DNA from: an uncultured delta proteobacterium | GTDB taxonomy: Bacteria; Myxococcota_A; UBA9160; JAFDET01 | Length of the DNA stretch: 64,000 bases | Assembly (NCBI GenBank): GCA_947259215.1 | Contig: CAMYLJ010000008.1 | Coordinates: 46,673-110,672, forward strand | Reading direction: 5' to 3' | Part shown: piece by piece, positions 19,378 through 29,184 of the stretch | Numbering within the stretch: the first letter of the stretch is position 1 | How the letters are laid out: every line of letters begins with the position of its first letter | Notes under the pieces: generated by a model | Databases searched by the model: none | What the model was told of the DNA's origin: nothing | Seen by the model: only the letters and a program-made list of their open reading frames with translations | Translations under genes and position numbers: made by a program

Positions 19378-20846
19378 GTGCCGCCAGCGCCCCCGCAGAC
19401 GACCGCCAGGTCCCGTTCTCGATCCGGATCGCCTACGGAATCGGCGCGATCGCCGATGGTGCCAAGAACTCCGCCTTCAACGCGTTCCTGGTGCTCTACT
19501 ACACGACGGTGCTCGGGCTGCCCGGGACGCTCTCGGGGCTGGCGATCTTCATCGCGCTGTGTGTAGACGCCATCACCGATCCGCTGGTCGGCTCGATCTC
19601 GGACCACTTCCACTCGCGCTGGGGCCGGCGCCATCCCTTCATGTACTTCTCGGCGATCCCGATGGGGCTCTGCTTCTACGGGCTCTTCTCGCCGCCGGAG
19701 GGATTGAGCCAGAATCAGCTCTTCGCCTGGCTCGTCGCGTTCGCCATCGGCGTCCGCCTCTTCCTGACCTTCTACATGGTGCCGAGCGGCGCGCTCGCGC
19801 CGGAGATGACGACCCATTACGACGAGCGCACCCGGCTCGTCTCGTACCGCTGGCTGATCGGGTGGCTGGGCGCGCTCACCGTCGCGATGTCGGGCTGGCT
19901 CGTCTTCTTTGCCGACCGCGAGGTCGTCGGCGACGGCCGCCTCGACTCGAGCAACTACCCGCAGCTGGGGATCTTCGCTGGGATCCTGGTGGCCACCGCG
20001 ATCCTGGTCTCCTCGGCGGGAACCCACCGCGTCATCCCCAAGCTGAGGCGGGTCGGAGCCGGTGGCTCGCTCTTCTCCGCCACCCGCTTCGCCCGCGACG
20101 CCGTGGCCGCCCTCCGCAACCACTCCCTGCGGATGCTCCTGGGAAGCTCGCTCTTCTCGGCCACGGCACTGGGCGTCTCCGAGGTACTCGGGACCTACAT
20201 GAACACCTGGTTCTGGGAGTTCCCCTCGACCCAGATCGGGATCCTGGCCGGCGCCCAGGTATTCCCGCTGCTGCTCGGGTTCTCCATGGTGGGCCCCATC
20301 AGCCAACGCTGGGACAAGCGCAAGGCCACCATCGGGCTCGCGCTCTTCGCGATCCTCTGGGGTCCCCTCCCCGTGCTCCTGCGCTTCGCCGGGCTTGCCC
20401 CGGAGAACGGAAGCCCCTTCCTGATCGTGTTCATCATGGGCCACGGCCTCTTCCTCATCGCCGCGGCGATCCAGATCGGGATCCTCAACTCGTCCATGGT
20501 GATGGACGCGACCGACGAGCACGAGCTCGAGTCCGGCGAACGACGGGAGGGCACCTTCATCGCCGTCACCACCTTCACGGGCAAGGCTGTCTCGGGTTTT
20601 GGCAACTTCCTCGGCGGCGTGCTCCTGGACGTGATCGACTTTCCCGTGGGCCAGGTCGATGCCGCGGTGGGCAACGTGCCCGGGGAGACCATCTTCAAGC
20701 TCGGCCTCGTGGCCGGCCCAGGCCTGGTGATCTTCTACCTGTGCGGCCTCTGGTTCATCACCCGGATGCGCCTCAGCCGCGAGCGGTACAGCGAGATCTC
20801 GCGCGGCCTCGCCGAGCGCGGCAGCCGGGGCGCTAGTGGCGGCTGA
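19374..20846 (+). CDS. MFS transporter, GPH/MelB-like
   Basis: DAITDPLVG, SRWGRRHPF, G-x-RREG motifs. Confidence 0.9.
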   Translation: MSAASAPADDRQVPFSIRIAYGIGAIADGAKNSAFNAFLVLYYTTVLGLPGTLSGLAIFIALCVDAITDPLVGSISDHFHSRWGRRHPFMYFSAIPMGLCFYGLFSPPEGLSQNQLFAWLVAFAIGVRLFLTFYMVPSGALAPEMTTHYDERTRLVSYRWLIGWLGALTVAMSGWLVFFADREVVGDGRLDSSNYPQLGIFAGILVATAILVSSAGTHRVIPKLRRVGAGGSLFSATRFARDAVAALRNHSLRMLLGSSLFSATALGVSEVLGTYMNTWFWEFPSTQIGILAGAQVFPLLLGFSMVGPISQRWDKRKATIGLALFAILWGPLPVLLRFAGLAPENGSPFLIVFIMGHGLFLIAAAIQIGILNSSMVMDATDEHELESGERREGTFIAVTTFTGKAVSGFGNFLGGVLLDVIDFPVGQVDAAVGNVPGETIFKLGLVAGPGLVIFYLCGLWFITRMRLSRERYSEISRGLAERGSRGASGG

Positions 20847-21720
20847 GCCAGTCGAGGAGGATCCGGTTCACCTCGTCGGGCTCCTCCTGGTGGAGGAAGT
20901 GGCCGGCGCCGTCCAGCCGGGTCACCTGCAAGCCGGCGGGGAAGTCCTCCGGCTTCATCGCGACGTCGTGAAGCCGCGTGTCCATGCAGCCGTCCAGGGC
21001 CCCGGTGAGCGCCAGGGTCGGCACGCGGATCTCGGATGCGAGCAGCCGTGTGGTCTCCCTCGCGGCCGGGGAGCGGACGTCGAGCAGCGTGCGGTAGTAC
21101 GCGAGCGCGGCCTTCTTCACACCGGGCTGCCCCAACGTCGCCTTCACGCTGGCGAGCTCTTCCGCCGGAAGCTCCCAGCCCGGCGACCAGTCCCGCCAGA
21201 GCTTCTCGATGAAGGCCCAGTCGCGCGCCTCCACCACCCAGTCGGCGATGCCCCGCAGCTGGAAGAAGAGCATGTACCACGAGTTGCGGAGCTGGCTCGG
21301 CACCTTCCGGAGCCCTTCCTTCTGGAGCCGGCCCGGGTGGGGGATCGCGAGCGTGGTGAGCGAGTGCAGTCGCCCTGGGGCCAGGGCGGCCGCCGCGTAG
21401 CCGATGACGGCGCCCCAGTCGTGGCCCACCAGGTGCACGCGCTCCTGGCCGAGATCGTCGATCCAGCCCACCACGTCCTCCGCCATGCGGACCATGTGGT
21501 AGTCGCCGTCCGCCGGCTGGGAGGACGGCTCGTAGCCGCGCAGGGTCGGGGCGACCGCGCGGAACCCGGCGGCGGCCAGGGCCGGAAGCTGCAGGCGGAA
21601 GGACCGGCGGTTGTCCGGAAAGCCGTGCAGGCAGAGGACCAGCGGTCCGTCGCCCTGGGTCAGGGCGGAGAAGGTCAAGCCACTCGCGTGGAGGGTCGTC
21701 GTCCCGGGGCCGTTCGCCAT
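20833..21720 (-). CDS. Alpha/beta hydrolase (epoxide hydrolase-like)
   Basis: HGFP, GHDWG, GHFLH. Confidence 0.9.
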   Translation of the reverse strand: MANGPGTTTLHASGLTFSALTQGDGPLVLCLHGFPDNRRSFRLQLPALAAAGFRAVAPTLRGYEPSSQPADGDYHMVRMAEDVVGWIDDLGQERVHLVGHDWGAVIGYAAAALAPGRLHSLTTLAIPHPGRLQKEGLRKVPSQLRNSWYMLFFQLRGIADWVVEARDWAFIEKLWRDWSPGWELPAEELASVKATLGQPGVKKAALAYYRTLLDVRSPAARETTRLLASEIRVPTLALTGALDGCMDTRLHDVAMKPEDFPAGLQVTRLDGAGHFLHQEEPDEVNRILLDWLSRH

Positions 21721-21784
21721 CCGCCGAGTCTCGGCCAGGCGCAGCGCCTTTGTCCACGCCGCGCAGGCCCGATACGCTTGGGAG

Positions 21785-22570
21785 ATGGCCGACATCACGG
21801 TCCGGAAGATCCGCTTCTCGTTCGAGGAGCCCATCGACTTCGAGGTTTCGGACGAGCGTCTCGGGGCGATCCTCGGTCCGCTCGCCCTCTCCATGACCAT
21901 GCCCTACCTCGAGCCCTACCTGATCCGGACCATGAAGGCGGCCCTCAAGCGCATCAGCGACCCGGTGCTGGCCGAGGACGCCCGCCGCTTCTCCCAGCAG
22001 GAGGGGCACCACTACCGCAACCATGCGCTCCTGAACGATCAGATCCGCCGGCAGTTCGCTGACGCCGGCGCGGAGGCGCTGCGCGCCATCGAGTCGGACC
22101 TGGAGACGGACTACCAGCGCTTCACGCGCACGAAGTCGCTGCGCTTCAACGTCGCCTACGCCGAGGGCTTCGAGGCCATGACCTGCGCCGGTGCATTGGC
22201 CGCCGCCGAGCACGGCAGCTTCGACGGGGGGACGCTCCCCGGCGGCGAGATCTGGGGCTGGCACATGGCCGAGGAGATCGAGCACCGTACCGTCGCCTTC
22301 AACGTCTACCGGCACCTGGTGGGGAGCTATCCGTACCGCATCCTCGCCGGCACCTGGGCCCAGTGGCACTACGTGTCGTACATCCGCCGCTTCGCGCGCT
22401 GCATGGCGGACGCCCTCGGTCGCACTCCGGTCACGCCGCGCTCGCCGGTGCAGCGTGCGGCCCTGCGCAACTACCTCCGGACCTGGAGCCCGCGCTACGA
22501 CCCGGGGAAGATCGAGCTGCCGGCCGGCGTGCAGGAGCTCCTCGACCGCTACTCGTCGATGGCGGCGTAG
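21785..22570 (+). CDS. Predicted metal-dependent hydrolase
   Basis: QEGHH and WHMAEEIEHR motifs. Confidence 0.85.
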   Translation: MADITVRKIRFSFEEPIDFEVSDERLGAILGPLALSMTMPYLEPYLIRTMKAALKRISDPVLAEDARRFSQQEGHHYRNHALLNDQIRRQFADAGAEALRAIESDLETDYQRFTRTKSLRFNVAYAEGFEAMTCAGALAAAEHGSFDGGTLPGGEIWGWHMAEEIEHRTVAFNVYRHLVGSYPYRILAGTWAQWHYVSYIRRFARCMADALGRTPVTPRSPVQRAALRNYLRTWSPRYDPGKIELPAGVQELLDRYSSMAA

Positions 22571-22592
22571 GGTCGGCCGGAGGGCGCGGCCC

Positions 22593-23192
22593 GTGGATGC
22601 AGCCCGCTACTGGCTGGCCCTGGTGACGGTGGTGAGCCTGCCTCCCGCCCTGCTGCTCTGGCTGGTGATTCATCCCTGGGTGGGATTCTGGCGCCGGGTC
22701 GGCCCCGTGGGCACCTACGCGTTCGTGCTTGCCCTGTTCGGCCTCGCGGTCTACGGGATGGTCCGGATCCGCGAGCCGCTTCTCGCCGTCGAGTTCGGCA
22801 CGCGCTGGCCTCTGGTGGCGCTCGGCGCCGTGCTGCTCGGCATCTCGAGCTGGCTGCGCCTCCGGATCCAGCGCCACTTCCCCACCCGGGTCCTGGCCGG
22901 CCTCCCCGAGCTGGCCCCGGATCGCTACCCCCAGGACCTGGTCAGCGTGGGGCCCTTCGCCGTGGTGCGCCACCCGAGGTACCTGCAGTTCCTGATCGCG
23001 TTGCTGGGCTTGTCGCTCTTCGCCAACTACCTGGCCCTCTACGCCGTCTTCGCGCTCTGGCTTCCCGGCGTCTGGCTCATCGCCGTACTCGAGGAGCGCG
23101 AGCTGCGAGAGCGCTTCGGCAGCGAGTACGAGGCCTACTGCCGTCGCGTGCCCCGCTTCCTGCCACGGCCGCGGGACGACTCAGCTCCCTGA
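22593..23192 (+). CDS. Isoprenylcysteine carboxyl methyltransferase family
   Basis: GPFAVVRHPRY, EERELRERFG, YCRRVPRF. Confidence 0.88.
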   Translation: MDAARYWLALVTVVSLPPALLLWLVIHPWVGFWRRVGPVGTYAFVLALFGLAVYGMVRIREPLLAVEFGTRWPLVALGAVLLGISSWLRLRIQRHFPTRVLAGLPELAPDRYPQDLVSVGPFAVVRHPRYLQFLIALLGLSLFANYLALYAVFALWLPGVWLIAVLEERELRERFGSEYEAYCRRVPRFLPRPRDDSAP

Positions 23193-23259
23193 CGTCGAGC
23201 AGGTCGCAGCGCGGCGCGCCCCGGTGGAAAGCGCCGCGCGTCTGTGGTTCGCTCTCTCC

Positions 23260-24075
23260 ATGGCCTGGCAGCCCCGCGTCGTCCTCCCCCACACGAACCT
23301 CGAGGTCGGCCGCATCGGCCTGGGCGCGAGCTTCGGCGTAGACGCCTCGGATCTCGAGTACGCGTACGACCACGGAATCAACTTCTTCTACTGGGGCAGC
23401 GTCCGGCGGCCCGGCTTCGGCGAGGGGATCCGGCGTCTGGCCCGGCGTGACCGCGACGGAATCGCCGTCGTGCTCCAGAGCTACGCGCGCTGGCCGGCGG
23501 CCCTGCTCCGCCACGCGGTCCTCGCTGGGCTCCGCCGCCTGCGCCTCGACCACGCCGACGTGCTGCTCCTCGGCTGGTACAACCAGCGTCCGCCCCAGGC
23601 GATCCTGGACGAGGCGCTCGAGCTGCGCGAACAGGGCCGCGTGCGCCACCTGATGCTGTCGGGCCACCGGCGTCCGTTCTTCGCCGAAATGGCGCGGGAG
23701 GGCATCTTCGACCTGTTCATGGTTCGCTACAACGCGGCCCACCGCGGCGCCGAGAGCGACGTCTTCCCGAAGCTGCCCCCGGGCGCCGCGCGCCCCGCGG
23801 TGTGCGCCTACACCGCCACGCGTTGGGGGTCGCTGATCGATCCCAAGAAGGTGCCGAAGGATGAGGACGTGCCCCGTGCCGGGGACTGCTACCGCTTCGG
23901 CCTCTCGCACCCGGCCGTGGACATGACGCTCTGCGGCCCCGCCACGCGCGAGCACGTGCGCGAGGCCTGCGAGGCGCTGGCCAAGGGTCCCATGGACGAG
24001 AGCGAGCTCGGCTGGATGCGGCGCGTCGGCGACCACGTCTACGGGCGCTCGCCCGTCGCCTCGCTCGCCGACTGA
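23260..24075 (+). CDS. Aldo/keto reductase
   Basis: GLRRLRLDHADV, RYNAAHRGAE. Confidence 0.8.
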   Translation: MAWQPRVVLPHTNLEVGRIGLGASFGVDASDLEYAYDHGINFFYWGSVRRPGFGEGIRRLARRDRDGIAVVLQSYARWPAALLRHAVLAGLRRLRLDHADVLLLGWYNQRPPQAILDEALELREQGRVRHLMLSGHRRPFFAEMAREGIFDLFMVRYNAAHRGAESDVFPKLPPGAARPAVCAYTATRWGSLIDPKKVPKDEDVPRAGDCYRFGLSHPAVDMTLCGPATREHVREACEALAKGPMDESELGWMRRVGDHVYGRSPVASLAD

Positions 24076-24090
24076 CCCACGCCGGGCCCG

Positions 24091-25320
24091 CTAGCCTTCG
24101 AGCGCGACGCCGTAATAGTCGGTGTAGGGCCGCATTCTTTCGCGCAGCTGGACGCGATCGAAGCCCCACTCCTCGGGCGAGTACCGGTGCTTGCCGAACT
24201 TGTCCTTGGGCTTCCGTTCGATGTAGCCGCGGATCGCATCCGCGTGCTCGCCGAGGAAGGGTCGGTCCATCTGGCCGTACAGCTTCTCCACCGCCGCGAC
24301 CGGGTCCGCCATCAGCTCGCTGAAGTGCGAGTCGACGATGCGATCCGGGACGTCGCAGGCGGCGCGCCGCTGCGCCAGCAGGATCATCATGTCCCCCAGG
24401 CCGGCGGCGCCGGCTTCCGGGAGCTCCACGGCGTCGCTGCGCTCCCAGCGCACGGTGGCGAGCGTGCTCAAGCTCGAGGGCTCCGTCTTCAGCGGATCCC
24501 GATGCGTGTGCACCAGCCAGGCATCGGGATAGGTGGCGAACAGAAGATCGATGAACACCAGGTACAAGGGTGTCTTCAACACCCAGTTGCGGGGCGGACC
24601 GCCGTGCTGGAGCGTCTGGAGCAGCGCCCGGTGGTAGTCCATCGTGGCCGCGTAGTCCGCTTGCCAGCCCGGGATGTTGGCAATCATCCCCCAGTGGCCG
24701 CCGGAGAAGCCCGGCAGCGTGATGGTCACGCACTCCACCGGCAGGTCCGAGCGCAGCTCGTGGATCGCCGCGAACTCCGGCTGCACATCGGCCCAGAACT
24801 CCTGCTCGCACTCCCCCATGGCCCGGCGCGCGTCCTCGCTGACGCCGCCGAAGGGCACCGGGTGCAACGCCTCCCAGGCCAGGGGCGCGCGGGCGCCCGG
24901 GTCGAGTGCGAGCAGCTCGAACAGGATGGACGTGCCCGAGCGCGGCGGGCCGGTGATGACGAGCGGCGCCTCGATCTTCTCCTCCGCGATGGCAGGGACC
25001 TCGCTGCGCGCGTAGGTCAGGAGCAGGCGCGTGCGCAGGCCCCGCAGCAGCTCCTGCCGGGTCATCAGGCGGCCCACGGCGTGCAGCCTGCCGGTCGCCT
25101 CGAGCTCGCGGAGGAGCGAGTCGAAGCGCGCCCGCCAGTCTCCGTCGAAGTCGCCGAAGTCGTCGAGGCCGCCGGTCGACTCGATCGCGCTGCCCACGAG
25201 CGCATCCGCATCGAGCGGGATCAGGTTGCGGGCGCCCCCCACGGAATCGCCCATGGCGTTGATGCGGCGCACCCAGTCGGGGCGGGTGTAGTGCTCGGCC
25301 AGGTTCTTGATCGGAGGCAT
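24091..25320 (-). CDS. Sulfotransferase
   Basis: PRSGTS (5'-PSB), WVLKTP, HRDP. Confidence 0.9.
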   Translation of the reverse strand: MPPIKNLAEHYTRPDWVRRINAMGDSVGGARNLIPLDADALVGSAIESTGGLDDFGDFDGDWRARFDSLLRELEATGRLHAVGRLMTRQELLRGLRTRLLLTYARSEVPAIAEEKIEAPLVITGPPRSGTSILFELLALDPGARAPLAWEALHPVPFGGVSEDARRAMGECEQEFWADVQPEFAAIHELRSDLPVECVTITLPGFSGGHWGMIANIPGWQADYAATMDYHRALLQTLQHGGPPRNWVLKTPLYLVFIDLLFATYPDAWLVHTHRDPLKTEPSSLSTLATVRWERSDAVELPEAGAAGLGDMMILLAQRRAACDVPDRIVDSHFSELMADPVAAVEKLYGQMDRPFLGEHADAIRGYIERKPKDKFGKHRYSPEEWGFDRVQLRERMRPYTDYYGVALEG

Positions 25321-25325
25321 CGTCG

Positions 25326-26465
25326 CTAGCCCAGCGACCCGACGTCGACGAGCTCGGTCTCGATCGGCGGGACCTCCTCTTCGGGCAGCAGGAAGCGCCA
25401 GAAGATCATTCCGGACTGCAGCCCCGCCGGGTCGATCCAGTTCGGCACGCCCGGATCGCGGTGGGCCATCACGATCGTGAAGCTGCCGTCCGGCTCGTAG
25501 CGGACCTGGCGGCGGTTCAGCGAGACGCGCCGGTAGCGATACGGAGGCGTCTGCAGGCGATGGTTCCAGACCACCACGTTTGCGAAGCGGCAGCGCGGGA
25601 AGCGGCCGCGCATGACCAGCGCCTGGTCGGGATCGAGCTCGTAGATCGTCTGCCGGTAGTCGATGTCCTTCGCCGAGTAGCCGATCTCCGCGTTGGTCCG
25701 TTCCGGGTCGGCGCCGGAGAAGCGGTTGACCTCCCGGGACACCCACTCGGGCATCACCTCGGGCGGCAGGTCCGGGAAGTCGATCGTCGCGCCGCGCACG
25801 AAGTTGATCACGCGCCCGATTCCCGCGGCGATCGCGGCGTCGTCCATCGGGGGTGCCGGCCCCGGATCCTCGAGCGGCTCGATCCAGAGCGGGACGTGGA
25901 ACGTCGGGTCCGCCGCCGCGTTGCGCTCCCACTCGAAGTAGTGGCGGGTGGTGATGCTCCCGGCTCCGGGCTCGAGCCGCAGCCAGTTGCGCGGCTGGGG
26001 CTCGGGGCTCGCGATGATCTCGTAGCTGCCGTCCGCGGCGACGTTGAACTCCGTGTCGTTCAGGGTCGAAACCAGACCCTTCGAAAGATGGCCGTCCTGG
26101 GCTCCGGTCTCGACGGTGAACGAGGTGTAGCTGGCGCTCTGGATGTTGCCGCGGATGCGGTAGCTGCCCGCGGGATCGCAGACGGCGCCGTAGTAGACGG
26201 CGTCGGGGTTGTCGCCCAGGAGCTTCTTCGTCGGGCTCAGCCAGCGCTGGAAGGTCGGGCGCCTCGGATCCACGTCGAACCAGCACTGGAAGCCGTGCTG
26301 GAGCGCATTCGCGACCAGGTAGCGGCCGCCCGCCCGGTCCTGGGCCGTATGCATCTTGCGGTCGGGACCGATGTACTTCGCCTCGATCTCGGCGAGAACT
26401 GCGGACAGGGCGGCGAAGGCCTGCGCCGCCGCATCGCCCGACGTGGAGTTCCTGGAGCCCATCAC
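25326..26465 (-). CDS. DUF1214 domain protein
   Basis: DNPDAVY, DGSFTIVMAHRDPGVPNWID; adjacent to the sulfotransferase. Confidence 0.85.
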   Translation of the reverse strand: MMGSRNSTSGDAAAQAFAALSAVLAEIEAKYIGPDRKMHTAQDRAGGRYLVANALQHGFQCWFDVDPRRPTFQRWLSPTKKLLGDNPDAVYYGAVCDPAGSYRIRGNIQSASYTSFTVETGAQDGHLSKGLVSTLNDTEFNVAADGSYEIIASPEPQPRNWLRLEPGAGSITTRHYFEWERNAAADPTFHVPLWIEPLEDPGPAPPMDDAAIAAGIGRVINFVRGATIDFPDLPPEVMPEWVSREVNRFSGADPERTNAEIGYSAKDIDYRQTIYELDPDQALVMRGRFPRCRFANVVVWNHRLQTPPYRYRRVSLNRRQVRYEPDGSFTIVMAHRDPGVPNWIDPAGLQSGMIFWRFLLPEEEVPPIETELVDVGSLG

Positions 26466-26552
26466 GCGACCTCCGACGTGGCAGAATCGTCTGCATGATA
26501 CCGCGCCCGCTCAGGCTGGTGGCCAGGTCGGCGGCGGCGGGGTGCGCCGGTG

Positions 26553-26618
26553 GAGCACGACTCCCGCGCCGTCCATCGCGGCCTGCGTGGCGTGATCGCG
26601 GTGGCTGAAGGTCTGGTC
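26553..26618 (-). pseudogene. LysR substrate-binding domain shard
   Basis: Translates DQTFSHRDHATQAAMDGAGVVL, resembling the GcvA-type FSH...QAA..G.GV.L segment. Confidence 0.45.
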
Positions 26619-26739
26619 CCGGACTCAGGCAGCCTGCTCGTCGTGGGATCGAGCTTCCTGGGCCTGGCCACGCGCGCTGGCCAAGCCAGGGAGGTAGTGG
26701 GTCCCGGTGGCCGACCCCTGGCGGCTCGCTGGGGAGCGG

Positions 26740-26932
26740 GACGCCGCTGTAGCGCCCAGAGGGCGCAGGCAGCCCCCGCCAGCAGGAGCGCTCCCGGCTC
26801 CGGCACGAACGCGGGCAGCCCGCCTCCGTCGCTGAACTCGATCCTGAGCGTGGTCAATGTGGGAAGCGTGTTGCCTCCGGCGAACAGGAATGTCGGCGTC
26901 ACCAGAGACGGGCGGCTTCCTGCGGCGTCCAC
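26740..26932 (-). pseudogene. PEP-CTERM protein C-terminal shard
   Basis: FVPEPGALLLAGAACALWALQRR: PEP motif, TM helix, basic tail; no signal peptide or body. Confidence 0.65.
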
Positions 26933-26979
26933 GCTGCCGGTCGACTCTCATCGGTGCCTCTGAGATACTCGACGAGCCG

Positions 26980-28047
26980 ATGAGACAACCCTCCGCATTC
27001 GGGATCCCGGTCGGCTACCCCGACCTGCGCGACGACCCGCCGCTCGGTCGACGCAATCTCGTGAACGTCGCCGTGACGCTCTGGGTGCCCATCCCTGCCA
27101 TCGCCTGCGCGCTCGTGCTGTTCCGCTGGTTTCCCGCCGGGTCGATCCCGCCGGATCCGGGCTGGGTGTGGCCGGGATCGGCCGACGAGGCCGCAGCCCT
27201 GCTCCTTCATCACCCGCTGCTCGCCGCGAACCTCCTCTTCCTGCTCTTCGTGGATCTCCAGTTCTGGGGGATCGCGCTCTTCCAGCGCAGCAGCTGGCTC
27301 ATCGACCCGTACTGGACGCTGCTGCCGCCGCTGCTGGCGCTCTTCTACGTTGCGCACCCGCTGGCCGAGCCGGAGGGGACGCGCGCAGCGCTGTCGATCG
27401 GCATCCTGCTGGTCTGGTCCGTGCGCCTGACCTGGAACTACTTCCGCCGCGAGCGCTGGCGGTTCGGGGTTCGCGAGGACTGGCGCTACGCGAAGATGCG
27501 TGCCGAACGCCGTCACTTCTGGCTCGAGCAGCTCGGGGTCGTGTACACCGTGCAGCACCTGATGCTCGTCGGGCTCAGCCTTCCGTTCTGGGCCATCGCC
27601 TTCCGCGACGTGACCTTCGGCGCGCTGGACGTCATTCTCTTCGTCTTGGCTGCCAGCGGGATCGCCATCGCGCGTGTGGCGGATACGCAGCTCGACCGGT
27701 TCATGCTGGAGAACGAGGCGCGGCGCGCCCGGGGAGAGGCCGGGATCCCCGTGCTCGAGCGCGGGATCTGGCGCACCTCCCGTCACCCGAACTACTTCGG
27801 CGAGCAGCTCTTCTGGTGGTCCATCGCCGGCTTCGGCGTCGTGTGCGGCGAGCCCTGGGTGGTGGTGGGTACGGCCTTCAACTCCACGGTGCTCGCTGCG
27901 GTCACCGTCATGACCGAACGGCGGATGCTCGCCGTGCCCGAGCGGCGGGAGGCATTCGAGGCCTATCGCCGGCACACCTCGGTCTGGGTCCCCTGGTGGC
28001 CGCGACGGGAGTCGACCCGAGCCGCCCCATCGGCCCGCGGGTCTTGA
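26980..28047 (+). CDS. DUF1295 / steroid 5-alpha-reductase-like membrane protein
   Basis: IDPYW, EDWRY, SRHPNYFGE. Confidence 0.9.
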   Translation: MRQPSAFGIPVGYPDLRDDPPLGRRNLVNVAVTLWVPIPAIACALVLFRWFPAGSIPPDPGWVWPGSADEAAALLLHHPLLAANLLFLLFVDLQFWGIALFQRSSWLIDPYWTLLPPLLALFYVAHPLAEPEGTRAALSIGILLVWSVRLTWNYFRRERWRFGVREDWRYAKMRAERRHFWLEQLGVVYTVQHLMLVGLSLPFWAIAFRDVTFGALDVILFVLAASGIAIARVADTQLDRFMLENEARRARGEAGIPVLERGIWRTSRHPNYFGEQLFWWSIAGFGVVCGEPWVVVGTAFNSTVLAAVTVMTERRMLAVPERREAFEAYRRHTSVWVPWWPRRESTRAAPSARGS

Positions 28048-28113
28048 AGTTTCCATGCTCGACCACCACTTCGAGGGAGTGGCGCAGGCTCTCTCGTGTG
28101 ACATGCTTCCGCC

Positions 28114-28878
28114 ATGCGGCTCGAGGTGTTCGGAAGCGACGGGGGGATCGGAAACCCGTTGCGCACGCTGGCATTGCTGGTGGACGACGACATCCTGGTC
28201 GAGGCCGGATCCGGGCTCGGTGAGCTGCCGCTCGAGAGGCTCGTCCGGATCGATCACGTCTTCGTGAGCCACAGTCACCTCGACCACATCGCGTGTCTGC
28301 CGTTGCTGATCGACGCCGTGGCGGCCAGGCGCGATACCCCGGTGGTCGTCCACGCCACGCAGGAAACGATCGCCAGCCTGCGCGAGCACGTCTTCAACTG
28401 GTCGATCTGGCCGGATTTCACGGCGCTTCCGACCCCCGAGCGACCGGCCCTGACCTTCGAGCCGCTCGATCTGGGCAAGTCGGTGGATCTCGGCGGACGT
28501 CTCTTCACGGCGCTTCCGGCGCGGCACGCGGTGCCCACCGTGGGGTTCCTGCTCGACAGCGGCCGCGCCAGCCTGGCCTATTCCGCCGATACGAGCACCT
28601 GCGACGAGCTCTGGAGAACGCTCAACCAGGTGGAGAACCTCGCCCACGTGATCGTCGAGACCTCGTACGACGACTCCCTCATGGACCTGACCATAAAGGC
28701 CGGACACCTCTCGCCGACCCTGCTCGCGGCGGAGCTCGCCAAGCTCGAGCGCCCCGCTCGGGTCCACATCGCGCACATGAAGTCGGGGCTCGCCGACACC
28801 ATCCTGCGTGAAGTCGAGCGCCTGGCGTTGCCGCACCAGCCAGCGCATCTCGCGCGGGGGCAGGTGCTGGAGTTCTGA
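28114..28878 (+). CDS. 3',5'-cyclic-nucleotide phosphodiesterase (MBL fold)
   Basis: SHSHLDH, HVFNWSIWPDF, GHLSP. Confidence 0.88.
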   Translation: MRLEVFGSDGGIGNPLRTLALLVDDDILVEAGSGLGELPLERLVRIDHVFVSHSHLDHIACLPLLIDAVAARRDTPVVVHATQETIASLREHVFNWSIWPDFTALPTPERPALTFEPLDLGKSVDLGGRLFTALPARHAVPTVGFLLDSGRASLAYSADTSTCDELWRTLNQVENLAHVIVETSYDDSLMDLTIKAGHLSPTLLAAELAKLERPARVHIAHMKSGLADTILREVERLALPHQPAHLARGQVLEF

Positions 28879-28907
28879 TGGATGGAGCGGCGACCCGAGC
28901 TTGTGGA

Positions 28908-28926
28908 CGGTCTCAGCGTGAGACCG
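28908..28926. terminator. 8-bp perfect hairpin
   Basis: CGGTCTCA-GCG-TGAGACCG after the PDE stop; no U-tract. Confidence 0.3.
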
Positions 28927-28992
28927 AGGCGCCTTCGATCGCGGTGGGTGGTGGCGCTACTCACCGGCCGCTTCATTCAAGCACGGAAGGCA

Positions 28993-29176
28993 CCATAAGA
29001 GGCCCTGCAGCTGACCGGCCGCAGCTCCCTTCAACTGCCCGCCAGGCGTCTTGCCGCGGGCCCTCGAGTCTACTCCACGCGGGTCGCGCACCCTGTGGTG
29101 TAGACTGGCCGCGTTCCTTCGGGGCTCGGCCTGCTCCGGTCGCGTGGCCAGCAGCCGAAGCGCCGGTGCCTCGGGC
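28993..29176 (+). repeat. Degenerate attC-like long palindrome
   Basis: Nested inverted arms centred near 29085 (AGTCTAC/GTAGACT, CCAC/GTGG, GGGT/ACCC; outer CAGCTGACCGGCC vs GGCCAGCAGCCG); RBS and ATG follow immediately. Confidence 0.5.
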
Positions 29177-29184
29177 GGAGGAGC

